Part shown: positions 39,631 through 48,802 of the stretch, one piece after another
Layout of the letters: every line of letters starts with the position of its first letter
How positions within the stretch are numbered: position 1 is the first letter of the stretch
Assembly (NCBI GenBank): GCA_900317515.1
Contig: ONHA01000015.1
Location: forward strand, 2,049-66,048
Direction: 5' to 3'
DNA: 64,000 nucleotides
DNA from: an uncultured Eubacteriales bacterium
GTDB taxonomy: Bacteria > Bacillota > Clostridia > Lachnospirales > Lachnospiraceae
Position numbers and translations under genes: made by a program
Notes under the pieces: model-generated
The model's database searches: none
The model's input: only the letters and a program-made list of their open reading frames with translations
What the model was told of the DNA's origin: nothing

Positions 39631-40194
39631 TTAGCCCACGATAAACATGGCGATCTGCACCTTCACGACCGCAAAAACCGCGATCACGTAGAACACGGCG
39701 CCGAGCACATACACGATCTTGTCCAGCTTCTTCTGTGTCTCTCTGGCCGAGAGGAGCCCCAGCGTGACCAGCCCTTTCGTAAACGAGACCGCCACATGGG
39801 TGACCACAACGGCAAAAAAGAGAAGTTCGGCAAGGATGAAAATCAGGATGAACGGAACCTGTCCTTTCTCTGCCGCCCCCTTCATCATGGAAAATGTATT
39901 GATATGCAGGATCAGCAGCGGGAAAATAAGAGCCGCGGAAAGCCTCTGCAGGATCGTTCCCATATTTTTCTTCGGGTAGAGATCCAGCCTTGTCCCGTCC
40001 GCCTGGGTGAAGACCGTCATCATGCCTAAGACCGCATGCAGGCAGACCAGCACCATGAAGGGCACGGCGAACAGGTTCTTAAGGAACGGGTTGTAGTAGA
40101 ATGCAAGGTACGCATACACCGTGTAGCCCATGTGCAGGAGCATGAAAACAATGGACAGAAGTCCCAGGGCCGCGTTGATCTTTTTTAACTTCAT
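39631..40194 (-). CDS. sdhC: Probable cytochrome b membrane anchor of Sdh/Frd
   Basis: Five hydrophobic segments with His residues in TM helices (LHMG, LHAV, LHIN, THVA). First gene of the operon. Confidence 0.7.
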   Translation of the reverse strand: MKLKKINAALGLLSIVFMLLHMGYTVYAYLAFYYNPFLKNLFAVPFMVLVCLHAVLGMMTVFTQADGTRLDLYPKKNMGTILQRLSAALIFPLLILHINTFSMMKGAAEKGQVPFILIFILAELLFFAVVVTHVAVSFTKGLVTLGLLSARETQKKLDKIVYVLGAVFYVIAVFAVVKVQIAMFIVG

Positions 40195-40274
40195 AATCAC
40201 ATCTCTCCTCCTCTTCCATCCATAATAACTTCCCGCCCGAAAAAAGTAAAGAGATAACAAAAACCAGGGGCAAT

Positions 40275-41324
40275 TCAAGCCCCCGAATCCCCGGCCGCCT
40301 CCGCAGCCTCCCGGAACTTCGAGTACGCAGTGTCCTCCCAGACAAGTTCTCCGTCCTTCCCGAAGATCCTGAGAAACTCCGCGTCCTCCTTCTCCGCCTG
40401 CCTCTCCTCGAAGATCACAAGCATCTTCTGCGAGATCGCAAACCCTGACTTTGCCGCAACGTCAATTCGGAAGGTCAGGTCCTGCTCAAGCGCAAGATCC
40501 TTTGGCAGCTCGATTTCAGTCCCATTCAGAGCCTCTTTCGTCGCGTCAACGGATGCGAGTTCCTTGCCGCCCGTCATGTAGGTCACCGTCACGGACTCGA
40601 TCTCTTCCTTGTGATCAATGTTCAAGGTGTAGGAACCCTCGCATTTCATTTTCGCGAAGGATTCGGACGACGTCAAATTGAAGGCCACGGCCGGCATCGG
40701 CAGGTAATCCCAGAAGAAGTATTCCGGGAAATCATAGACCTCCTCCGTCCGCGTGACGCCGCCTTCGACAACCGAAACCGAGGTCCCCGAATACGCCTTG
40801 AAGAGCTCCGCGGTGAACTTCCCGTGAAAGCCTCCCGCGCCGCTGCCGGCAAGCGCGACCGCCTCTCCGTTAATGTTTAGGAAAACTTCCGTATCTTTCG
40901 AAAACTCCCTGAGCGTGACCGCGACATCGACATCCGCCGTACACGCCTCAAGATCCGGATTGGAGACTTCCCAGGTTACGTCTGTGAGGAGGGTTTCATT
41001 TTTCGCAAGCTCCTCCCTGAGCCTTAACACCTCATAAGAAGTCTCCCGCTCACGCGTCTCGAGATCATTTATTCTGTTCTGCATGCTCATGAGCAATCCG
41101 TTGGCGGTCCCTGTATTTACAAGGCACACCACGACGAGACCCATGAGAAGTACCCGGTAGATGCCGGCCACGGTGTCCTTCGGTTCCGGGATCGCGCTGT
41201 GCGTATCCCGCGCCTCCCCTCTGGCGATCTTATCGAGCCTCCTGTTGTAGGCGAACACGCTCACGGCGATGACCACGCCCGCGCACACAAGCATGATAAC
41301 GATATAGCTTCCGATAATCGACAT
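40275..41324 (-). CDS. Hypothetical two-TM membrane protein with a large C-terminal domain
   Basis: Two N-terminal hydrophobic helices, a coiled coil and a beta-rich domain. Follows the LytTR gene by 12 bp. Confidence 0.8.
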   Translation of the reverse strand: MSIIGSYIVIMLVCAGVVIAVSVFAYNRRLDKIARGEARDTHSAIPEPKDTVAGIYRVLLMGLVVVCLVNTGTANGLLMSMQNRINDLETRERETSYEVLRLREELAKNETLLTDVTWEVSNPDLEACTADVDVAVTLREFSKDTEVFLNINGEAVALAGSGAGGFHGKFTAELFKAYSGTSVSVVEGGVTRTEEVYDFPEYFFWDYLPMPAVAFNLTSSESFAKMKCEGSYTLNIDHKEEIESVTVTYMTGGKELASVDATKEALNGTEIELPKDLALEQDLTFRIDVAAKSGFAISQKMLVIFEERQAEKEDAEFLRIFGKDGELVWEDTAYSKFREAAEAAGDSGA

Positions 41325-41336
41325 CGCATTCACCTC

Positions 41337-41786
41337 CTAAAAACCGAAAAATCTTCGAAAATCGCTGTAGTAGCTTCTCGTGACGTCCACGAGCGTTCCG
41401 TTTGTCATCGTCAGGATATATTTCATGGACAGGGTCGGCCGGATCTTCTTCACATGCCCCCTTGCGATGATCACGGACTTGCTCACGCGCAGGAACTCTT
41501 TCGGGTTAAGCCCCTCCTCCAGCTGATACATGCGCTCCCCGGCAAGGAAGGTTCCCTCCGCCGTATGGACCTCGATCTCCTTCCCGAATGCCTCAATGAA
41601 GATCACCTCGTCCGTCCTGATACGGGCCCGCTCTCCCTCCCGGCTCTTCACGGTCAGAAACGTCGGGTACCGCGACGCTCCCGTGACCACATAGTCCGCA
41701 TCCTCGGAAAGTTCGACGCCGCGCTCTTTCAGATAGTCTCTCACGCCCTCGTACTCTTCCTCCGGGACGTCGATTCGGAATTTCAT
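41337..41786 (-). CDS. LytTR-domain transcriptional regulator without a receiver domain
   Basis: VIFIEAFG, FLRVSKSVII and VDVTRSY motifs. Confidence 0.9.
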   Translation of the reverse strand: MKFRIDVPEEEYEGVRDYLKERGVELSEDADYVVTGASRYPTFLTVKSREGERARIRTDEVIFIEAFGKEIEVHTAEGTFLAGERMYQLEEGLNPKEFLRVSKSVIIARGHVKKIRPTLSMKYILTMTNGTLVDVTRSYYSDFRRFFGF

Positions 41787-41858
41787 GCGGCACCTCCTTT
41801 CCATCGCACTTTTATTTTATCAGGGAACTGCGGAAAATGAAACCCTCCCAAAACAAGA

Positions 41859-41891
41859 TGCACTGCAGGCCGGCATGACTTGCAGTGCATT
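41859..41891. repeat. 10-bp perfect inverted repeat (terminator or operator)
   Basis: ATGCACTGCA-N13-TGCAGTGCAT between the GNAT gene and the LytTR gene. Confidence 0.5.
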
Positions 41892-41929
41892 TTATGGAAA
41901 TCGTTTTCAGTTACGGAAAGCTATTCCGA

Positions 41930-42274
41930 TTATTTCCTGTGCCGCGGAATCCCGCAGGCATCCCCCGCAAGTTCGGCAGCCCTCTTCTTCTCCTCCTCCG
42001 GGTCGATCAGCAGGTGATCAAGCTCCGGATGCTTCGCAAACCATCTCACCGCGTAGGAGCAGGTGAGCGTGGCTTTTCGGCCGTCCGCCGCGAGCTTCTT
42101 TGCCAGCGCTTCCATGAGCTTTCCGGCCACTCCCTGCCCGCGGAGCGAGGGGTCGACGACGGTGTGGGTCACCTCAACTTTTCCGGGTTCGAATTCCGGG
42201 AAATCGACGAACGCGATTGCCGCGCCGTTTTCGTCTTCGAGCCAGATCTTTTCGTTCGATGTCTTGAATTCCAT
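41930..42274 (-). CDS. Small GNAT-family (YjdJ-like) N-acetyltransferase
   Basis: VTHTVVDPSLRGQGVAGKL...CSYA motif. Confidence 0.88.
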   Translation of the reverse strand: MEFKTSNEKIWLEDENGAAIAFVDFPEFEPGKVEVTHTVVDPSLRGQGVAGKLMEALAKKLAADGRKATLTCSYAVRWFAKHPELDHLLIDPEEEKKRAAELAGDACGIPRHRK

Positions 42275-42288
42275 GAGAACCTCCTTAT

Positions 42289-42987
42289 TCACACCTTTCG
42301 ATCACACAGAAATACCGCCGGCCCCGCCTCATACGCAGTTATCGGCATCCCGTGGACTTCTTCATCTCTTCCCAGAATTTCCCCGGAAAGGACCTTCCCT
42401 GCTGCCTCATAGAGTTCCATGATGAGCGGCGGATAGACCGGGCAGCTGCCGTGGCACGGATAGATCTCGTCAAACCGATCCGCAAAAGTATCAAGGCGTT
42501 TTAAGCTGTGCATGTAGGCGTGCATCTCTCTCTGAATCCCGAACATGAAAATCCGCCCGTCCTGCACCGGATCCCCGGTAAAAATCCTGCGGTTCTTCTC
42601 ATCCAGCACCGCGATACTCCCCGGTGTGTGCCCGGGAAGCCCGATGATGCGGAGCGGCCGTTCCCCGAGATCAATCACTTCCCCGTCCCAGACCGGAACA
42701 AATTCCCCGCTCTCTCCGCGGCTCTTGTAATAATTCGAGGCCTCCGCCGGGTGCATGTAGAACCTGTCAAACTCCCGGTTGCTCCCGATATGGTCCGGAT
42801 CGGCGTGGGTGTTGAGAAGCGCAAGCGGGAGTTTTGTCAGACTCTCCGCAAGCTCCTTCGCATTGCGGGTCATCATGCCGCTGTCGATGAGCAGCGCTCT
42901 TTCCGTTCCGGCAAGGAGAAAGAAACGAACCCCTGCCTCGTCGAAGATCCAGGTCGATGCATCTGCCTGTGTGATTTTGACTTCCAT
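42289..42987 (-). CDS. MBL-fold metallo-hydrolase
   Basis: THADPDHIG, GHTPGS and FTGD motifs. Confidence 0.9.
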   Translation of the reverse strand: MEVKITQADASTWIFDEAGVRFFLLAGTERALLIDSGMMTRNAKELAESLTKLPLALLNTHADPDHIGSNREFDRFYMHPAEASNYYKSRGESGEFVPVWDGEVIDLGERPLRIIGLPGHTPGSIAVLDEKNRRIFTGDPVQDGRIFMFGIQREMHAYMHSLKRLDTFADRFDEIYPCHGSCPVYPPLIMELYEAAGKVLSGEILGRDEEVHGMPITAYEAGPAVFLCDRKV

Positions 42988-42988
42988 A

Positions 42989-43720
42989 TCATTTCCTTCC
43001 CCGCGCCGCCGCGCGAACCACATAATACACCCCATAGAGGAGCAGCATCAGAAATACATACCCGAGCATGTATCCGACCAGGTACCCCCTGCCCGTCCCG
43101 AAGATGTCCGCGATCAGCATGAGCGGCGACCCCGGCACCGGAAGCTGCAGGAACCCGTAGTTCATTTTAAAATGAAGATCAAACGGCAGCATAACCGCCG
43201 CATAAAGAACAATAAAGATGACCGGCACCCAGCTTTTTCGGATATCCGGGCGGATGCTGCCCTCCTCCATGCTGAGGAGGATATAGGTCGGGATCGACGC
43301 GTGTACCAGAAACGCTCCTATACTGACCGGCGAGAGCACATCGTAGGGGGTCCAGTCCGGACTCAAGAGAGCGCAGACGGCCCCCGGCAGCATCGGGTAG
43401 AAGAAGATCTGAGTAAGGCGCGGCCAGGGACCCCATTTTAAAGACGCGAATCGGTGCAGAACGCTCCCGTAGCAGGCAAATGCGCAGACGTGGAGCGGCA
43501 GCGTATCGAGCCCGTAGGTTCCGTCCAGCACGCGGGAGGTCCCCACGATGAGCTGGCCCGTGAGCGCGGCCAGAACGGTTCCCGTCTTCAGGTTCTCACG
43601 CAGCTTTCCGCCCTTCCGCCCGGCGATGAGCACCGCTGCCGCGGCGCAGGCGAGCACGAGGAGCCAGGTGATGTGGCTTTGGTCATAGAGGGCGAAGCCT
43701 TTGTATGTCTTCATTTTCAC
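42989..43720 (-). CDS. YwaF-family integral membrane protein
   Basis: LPLHVC and ALLSPD motifs; multiple TM helices. Confidence 0.8.
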   Translation of the reverse strand: MKMKTYKGFALYDQSHITWLLVLACAAAAVLIAGRKGGKLRENLKTGTVLAALTGQLIVGTSRVLDGTYGLDTLPLHVCAFACYGSVLHRFASLKWGPWPRLTQIFFYPMLPGAVCALLSPDWTPYDVLSPVSIGAFLVHASIPTYILLSMEEGSIRPDIRKSWVPVIFIVLYAAVMLPFDLHFKMNYGFLQLPVPGSPLMLIADIFGTGRGYLVGYMLGYVFLMLLLYGVYYVVRAAARGRK

Positions 43721-45579
43721 CCCACTCGTATCTCAACCTTCTTGCCTGAAAATGCAGCCCCGTAGCACACGATCTTCTCAATGCCCCTCTGCTGCATCTC
43801 CGTCTTGTAGGCATGGTCTTCGATCTGCCTGAGCGCCTTCTCTGCGAGCTCCGGCAGGCGGCCCGCATCCTTTGCCCCCGCGGCCTTGAACTCCATGATG
43901 ACTCCCGGCAGGCTCTTCTGCTTCGGCTCGAGCTGAAGGTCGAACCGTCCCTCCCCGGACTCCCGGTTCGAACGGATATAATATCTTGACGAGAGCGAGG
44001 CCACAAGTCCCAGCACCATTCCGTGATAAAAGCCTTCGGCCGCCCCGTCAAAGCTGCTTGCGCACGTGAGCATATAATTTCTGAGAGCTTCCTTAAGGCG
44101 CTCGGCGTCGTTCAAGTAAATGGCCTTCTCCACCTGCGAAACCGCATTCGGACTGGTCCGCCCCTTGATCCAGGAGAGGATCTCCGTGTTGTAGACCCGC
44201 CGCACCTCCAGATTCGGGAGCCGAAGGTCCGCAAATGTGCCGATATCCGTCTCCTCGGGAACCCTCTCCGGCGTGAGATAGCCCGCCAGAAGCAGGAAGC
44301 TGAAGACCGCGTCCGGCCCGTCCGCGATTCCGGGGTAGATCACCTCCGTGTTGATCTGGGTGGAAACCCGCCTTCCCTGCAGCAGGGAAATGAGCTCCTC
44401 CGCAAGCTCCGGCGTGATGGCTGCCATGAGATTCCTCAGGATTTCATTGTCGCTTGTGTTGACCCAGAAATTCTTTGCCGTGCAGTCATTATAAAAATAG
44501 CTCGAGACCGACCAGGGATTGTAGATCTCCCTGCTGCCGAAGCGGTAGCCGTCATACCATGCACGGATCTCATCCATCTTTTCGGGCTTGCCGTAGTAGT
44601 CAGCCATGCCCTGCACTTCATTTTCCGTAAAACCGAAGCAGTCGCTGTACTTCGTATCGAGCACCGTGTTGACCGAGAGATTGTTGAGCCCGCTGAAGAG
44701 GTTCTCCTTGGAGACTCTCAGAATTCCCGTCAGAACGCCGAACAGAAGCTCATCATTGTCCTTGAGGCCCCCGGAGAGGAAATTCCGCATGAACGTGATG
44801 ACATCTTCATAGAATCCCTTGATAAATCCCTGCTGGATCGGCGTATCGTACTCATCAATTAAAATGATAACCTGCTCCCCGCAGTGAGCGGCCAGCATTT
44901 TTGTCAGATAGAGCAGGGACCGGCTGTACTCGACCGAACTCAGCGTTCCCCTGACCATCCGCTGGTAGAAGTCGCGGTCCGCCCCGTCGAGCTTTTCGGA
45001 GTGTTCAAGCTCACTGTGCCGCCGGAATTCATCCCGCAGCACGAGCCGGATGGCTTCCATCGAATCCGCCCAGTTGTTGTATTTCACGTCCTTGAACGAG
45101 AGGAAAATGACCGGAAACTTTCCCTGCAGCTCCCTGTATTTTTTGCCGCAGGACCAGATCTTCTTATCTTTAAAATAAAGGGCTGTATCCTCCTCCGTCC
45201 TCTCGAAAAATGTCTTCAGCATGCTCATCGCAAGCGTCTTCCCGAAGCGGCGCGGCCGCGTAAAGAGCGTCACCATGCTCTTGTCATCGACAAGCTCCTT
45301 TATAAGGAGGGTTTTGTCCACGTAATAGCAGTCCCGGATGACATCCACGTAGGAGGTGTTGCCGACCGCGCACGGCCGAAGCCCGGCAGAGTCTTCTCTC
45401 CCCCGGGTGTTTCTGCTCCTTGCATAGGCGATTACCTCCTCTTCGGGCATCATCCATTTTTTTCCTTCCCGCACGGCGTCCTTGATCTCACCCGACCGGC
45501 AGAGTCCCGTCACGCGCCGGTCCGTCAGGTTCAGGTAATCCGCGGCCTCACCGGCTCCGATGTACTTTACGTGTCCCAT
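43717..45579 (-). CDS. HTH + AAA-ATPase-like + PD-(D/E)XK nuclease protein
   Basis: N-terminal excisionase-like HTH (EAADYLNLTDRRVTGLCRSG), YVDKT, RPRRFGKTL, ILIDEYD, YDGYRFG, and C-terminal SNRESGEGRFDLQL...IMEFK. Confidence 0.9.
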   Translation of the reverse strand: MGHVKYIGAGEAADYLNLTDRRVTGLCRSGEIKDAVREGKKWMMPEEEVIAYARSRNTRGREDSAGLRPCAVGNTSYVDVIRDCYYVDKTLLIKELVDDKSMVTLFTRPRRFGKTLAMSMLKTFFERTEEDTALYFKDKKIWSCGKKYRELQGKFPVIFLSFKDVKYNNWADSMEAIRLVLRDEFRRHSELEHSEKLDGADRDFYQRMVRGTLSSVEYSRSLLYLTKMLAAHCGEQVIILIDEYDTPIQQGFIKGFYEDVITFMRNFLSGGLKDNDELLFGVLTGILRVSKENLFSGLNNLSVNTVLDTKYSDCFGFTENEVQGMADYYGKPEKMDEIRAWYDGYRFGSREIYNPWSVSSYFYNDCTAKNFWVNTSDNEILRNLMAAITPELAEELISLLQGRRVSTQINTEVIYPGIADGPDAVFSFLLLAGYLTPERVPEETDIGTFADLRLPNLEVRRVYNTEILSWIKGRTSPNAVSQVEKAIYLNDAERLKEALRNYMLTCASSFDGAAEGFYHGMVLGLVASLSSRYYIRSNRESGEGRFDLQLEPKQKSLPGVIMEFKAAGAKDAGRLPELAEKALRQIEDHAYKTEMQQRGIEKIVCYGAAFSGKKVEIRVG

Positions 45580-45601
45580 GCTTCCGCCTCCTTCCGGAAA
45601 C

Positions 45602-45645
45602 ATTATACCACAAACCGGAAGCATCTTTCAACACTTCCGGTTTGT
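45602..45645 (-). promoter_or_regulatory. Promoter with an overlapping palindromic operator
   Basis: TTGAAA-N18-TATAAT with a TG extension on the minus strand. The perfect inverted repeat ACAAACCGGAAG (45610-45621) / CTTCCGGTTTGT (45634-45645) brackets the -35. Confidence 0.7.
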
Positions 45646-45666
45646 TTCCGATACATTTCCGCTTAC

Positions 45667-45758
45667 GGGGACGGTTCTTCGCGGAGGGGGACGGTTCTCC
45701 TCTGCGGAGAACCGTCCCCCTCCGCGAAGAACCGTCCCCCTCTGCGAAGAACCGTCCC
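45667..45758. repeat. REP-like tandem/palindromic repeat cluster
   Basis: 20-bp unit with core GGGGACGGTTCT in arrangement > > < < <. Perfect 34-bp inverted repeat 45667-45700 / 45706-45739 with a 5-nt loop. Confidence 0.9.
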
Positions 45759-45766
45759 TGCCACTC

Positions 45767-46084
45767 TCACATCCTCTTCTCCACGATCCTCGCCGCCGCG
45801 CCGACATAATCGTTGCACTTCCCGCGCAGAATCCCCCGAAGGTCCGCGCACTTGATCGACCCGTAGAGCTTCATAAACTCCGCCTCGGCCTCCTCCCGGG
45901 TCCCGAGGCCCATCTCCCCAAGAAGCTGGCCCGCCGCGAGAACCGCCCCGCACTTTCCTCCGTCACCTCTCGGCTTCGGCGGCGCGGTCGGGTTAGGATT
46001 CTCCCCCGCAAATGCCGTGTACACGGAGACGGCACAGTTCATCCTGTTTCTGTGATTTTCTCTTGCGATACGTTCATGATCCAT
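45767..46084 (-). CDS. C-GCAxxG-C-C family protein
   Basis: NCAVSV, KCGAVLAAG, SIKCADL and KCNDYV cysteine pattern. Confidence 0.8.
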   Translation of the reverse strand: MDHERIARENHRNRMNCAVSVYTAFAGENPNPTAPPKPRGDGGKCGAVLAAGQLLGEMGLGTREEAEAEFMKLYGSIKCADLRGILRGKCNDYVGAAARIVEKRM

Positions 46085-46271
46085 TATAATTCCCCCTTTC
46101 TCTTCCTCTCTATCCTACCATATACTCTGCAGGAAAGACATCCGGAATTCCTCAAAAAGAAATCCCTGTCTTGCTTTTCCCTCTTAAACGCACTATACTG
46201 ATAAGACATGACGATGTATACAGAATACAGCATACATTTTTTTACATATCTCATTGTTAGGAGCATACTAT

Positions 46272-48614
46272 ATGAATCTCAGCACCTTAAAGCCGGGCGA
46301 ATCCGCCCGCATCACTAAGGTCGGCGGCGAGGGAGCCCTTCGCCAGCATTTCCTCGATATGGGCGTGATCCCGGGCGCTTCCGTCACCGTGATCAAGCTG
46401 GCCCCCTTAGGCGACCCGATGGAGCTTCGCATTCACGGCTATGAACTGACTCTCCGGGTCGCGGACGCCGAACAGATCGGCGTGGAACCGCTGGAAGGCG
46501 GCGACAGCCCCCAAAATCCTTCCAAAAAGAGGCAGAAGACAGAACACCCCGGCCTCGGTGAGGAGGGCCGCTTCCATCCGAAGGGCACCGGCACACCGCT
46601 TTCGGAGGAAACCGTTCTCACCTTCGCCCTTGTGGGAAATCAAAACAGCGGTAAAACCACCCTCTTCAACCAGCTGACCGGTGCGAACCAGCATGTGGGA
46701 AATTTCCCCGGCGTCACCGTCGACCGCAAGGACGGCGTGATCCGCAAGCATCCGAACACGCTGATCACGGACCTTCCGGGCATCTACTCCATGTCCCCCT
46801 ACTCGAGGGAGGAGCTTGTCTCCCGGGATTTCGTCCTCGATGACCACCCGAAAGCTATCATCAACATCGTCGATGCCACCAACATCGAACGCAACCTCTA
46901 TCTCACGATGCAGCTCCTTGAGCTCGGCATTCCCATGGTCGTCGCCCTCAACATGATGGACGAACTCCGCGGAAACGGCGGCACCGTCGACGTAAACCGC
47001 ATGGAATCCATGCTGGGCGTCCCGGTCGTTCCGATCTCAGCCGCAAAAAATGAAGGCGTCGACGAGCTCATTCACCACGCCGTCCACATCGCAAAATATC
47101 AGGAAAAGCCGACCCGGCAGGACTTCTGCGGGGCCGAGGACCACGGCGGAGCGGTTCATCGCGCGATCCATGCCGTGAGCCACCTGATCGAGGACCACGC
47201 CTCCCGCACGGAACTGCCCGTCCGCTTTGCCTCCTGCAAGCTGATCGAGGGCGACGAGCTCATCGCCGAGAGACTGGATCTCGATGCGAACGAGAAGGAA
47301 ATGCTCACCCACATCGTCCTTCAGATGGAGAAGGAGCGCGGCATGGACCACAGCGCCGCCATCGCGGACATGCGCTTTGATTTCATTCAGAAAGTCTGTG
47401 ACTCCTGCATCATAAAACCGCACGAGAGTAAGGAACACATCCGCAGTCAGAAGATCGATGAGGTCCTGACCGGAAAATACACCGGCATCCCCGTCTTCAT
47501 CGGCGTCATGGCGCTGGTCTTCTATCTGACCTTCTTCCTGATCGGACCGTTCCTTCAGGGTCTGCTCGAAGCAGGCATCAATGTCCTCAAAGGTGCAGTC
47601 CGGCAGGGCATGGTGACCGTCCATGTCAATCCGGCCATCCAGAGTCTGGTTCTCGAGGGTATCTTCGAGGGTGTCGGCACCGTGGTCAGCTTCCTGCCGA
47701 TCATCGTTGTCCTCTTCTTCTTTCTCTCGATTCTGGAGGACAGCGGCTACATTGCCCGCGTCGCCTTCGTCATGGACAAGCTTCTCCGCCGCATCGGCCT
47801 CTCCGGCCGCAGCATCGTGCCCATGCTCTTAGGCTTCGGCTGCACGGTCCCGGCGGTCATGTCCACCCGGACCCTGCCCAGCGAGCGCGACCGCCGCATG
47901 ACGATCCTGCTCACGCCCTTTATGTCCTGCACAGCCAAGCTTCCGATCTACGGGTTCTTCGTGAACGCGTTCTTCCCGAAGCAAAGCTGGCTCATCATCA
48001 CGGGCCTCTATATTCTGGGCATCCTCACTGCCATCCTGGCGGCCTTCTTCTTCAAGAAGACCCTCTTCAAGGGCGAAGCCGTCCCGTTCGTCATGGAGCT
48101 CCCGAACTACCGCTTCCCGAGCGCCAAGAATGTCGCCCAGCTTCTCTGGGAAAAATCCAGAGATTTCCTGCAGCGCGCCTTCTCGGTCATTCTGATCGCG
48201 ACGATCGTGGTCTGGTTCCTCAAGAGCTTCGACTTCGGCTTCAACCTGGTCGAGGACTCCCATGCGAGCATCCTCGCCGCGGTCTCAGGCTTCTTCGTCC
48301 CGCTCATGCGGCCGGTCGGCCTCGGCGACTGGAGGATCATCACGTCGCTCGTCAGCGGTTTCATGGCCAAGGAGAGTGTCGTCTCGGTCATGGAGACCCT
48401 CTTCGTCGGCGGCGTGACCTCGATCGGTACCCTCTCAGCCGTCTCCATGCTGGTCTTCAGCCTGATCTACACCCCGTGCGTCGCCGCGGTGGCCTCGATC
48501 AAGCGCGAGCTCGGCGGCCGCTGGGCTTTCGGGATCGTCATCTGGCAGTGCGTACTGGCCTGGGTCATGGCGCTTATCGTTCGACTGATCGGGCTTGCCC
48601 TCGGCCTCGGTTAA
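46272..48614 (+). CDS. feoB: Ferrous iron transporter FeoB with a fused N-terminal FeoA domain
   Basis: FeoA-like QHFLDMGVIPG...APLGDP, G1 GNQNSGKT, NFPGVT, DLPGIYS, GFGCTVPA and FMSCTAK motifs. Confidence 0.96.
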   Translation: MNLSTLKPGESARITKVGGEGALRQHFLDMGVIPGASVTVIKLAPLGDPMELRIHGYELTLRVADAEQIGVEPLEGGDSPQNPSKKRQKTEHPGLGEEGRFHPKGTGTPLSEETVLTFALVGNQNSGKTTLFNQLTGANQHVGNFPGVTVDRKDGVIRKHPNTLITDLPGIYSMSPYSREELVSRDFVLDDHPKAIINIVDATNIERNLYLTMQLLELGIPMVVALNMMDELRGNGGTVDVNRMESMLGVPVVPISAAKNEGVDELIHHAVHIAKYQEKPTRQDFCGAEDHGGAVHRAIHAVSHLIEDHASRTELPVRFASCKLIEGDELIAERLDLDANEKEMLTHIVLQMEKERGMDHSAAIADMRFDFIQKVCDSCIIKPHESKEHIRSQKIDEVLTGKYTGIPVFIGVMALVFYLTFFLIGPFLQGLLEAGINVLKGAVRQGMVTVHVNPAIQSLVLEGIFEGVGTVVSFLPIIVVLFFFLSILEDSGYIARVAFVMDKLLRRIGLSGRSIVPMLLGFGCTVPAVMSTRTLPSERDRRMTILLTPFMSCTAKLPIYGFFVNAFFPKQSWLIITGLYILGILTAILAAFFFKKTLFKGEAVPFVMELPNYRFPSAKNVAQLLWEKSRDFLQRAFSVILIATIVVWFLKSFDFGFNLVEDSHASILAAVSGFFVPLMRPVGLGDWRIITSLVSGFMAKESVVSVMETLFVGGVTSIGTLSAVSMLVFSLIYTPCVAAVASIKRELGGRWAFGIVIWQCVLAWVMALIVRLIGLALGLG

Positions 48615-48626
48615 GGAGTGTGGAAA

Positions 48627-48758
48627 ATGAACATCTTCGATATCCTGATCCTTCTTATCATCGCCGGCATTGCCGCGTTCTCCTACAAAAAGCATAAGAA
48701 AAACGGAAGCTGCTGCAAAGACTGCAATGACTGCGGCAGCTCCTGCTGCAAAAGATGA
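48627..48758 (+). CDS. FeoB-associated Cys-rich small membrane protein
   Basis: Manual translation MNIFDILILLIIAGIAAFSYKKHKKNGSCCKDCNDCGSSCCKR (43 aa) after an AAGGAG RBS. Below the ORF-track cutoff. Confidence 0.85.
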   Translation: MNIFDILILLIIAGIAAFSYKKHKKNGSCCKDCNDCGSSCCKR

Positions 48759-48790
48759 GGTGACGGCTTGGGGCCGTCACCTCTTTTTTT
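48757..48790 (+). terminator. Intrinsic terminator of the feo operon
   Basis: GAGGTGACGGC-TTGGG-GCCGTCACCTC followed by T7. Confidence 0.85.
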
Positions 48791-48802
48791 CAATCATTTT
48801 TG

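Noticed and set aside
45667-45758. Possible CRISPR array
   Set aside because: Units are only 20 bp, change orientation, have near-identical 8-9-nt spacers, and no cas genes are nearby.
46190-46260. Possible Fur/DtxR box upstream of feoB (ATGTAT-N12-ATACAT)
   Set aside because: The 6-bp arms in AT-rich DNA do not match a known consensus; too weak to call.
46272-48758. FeoA-FeoB fusion plus Cys-rich peptide as a novelty
   Set aside because: This arrangement is well known in Clostridia.
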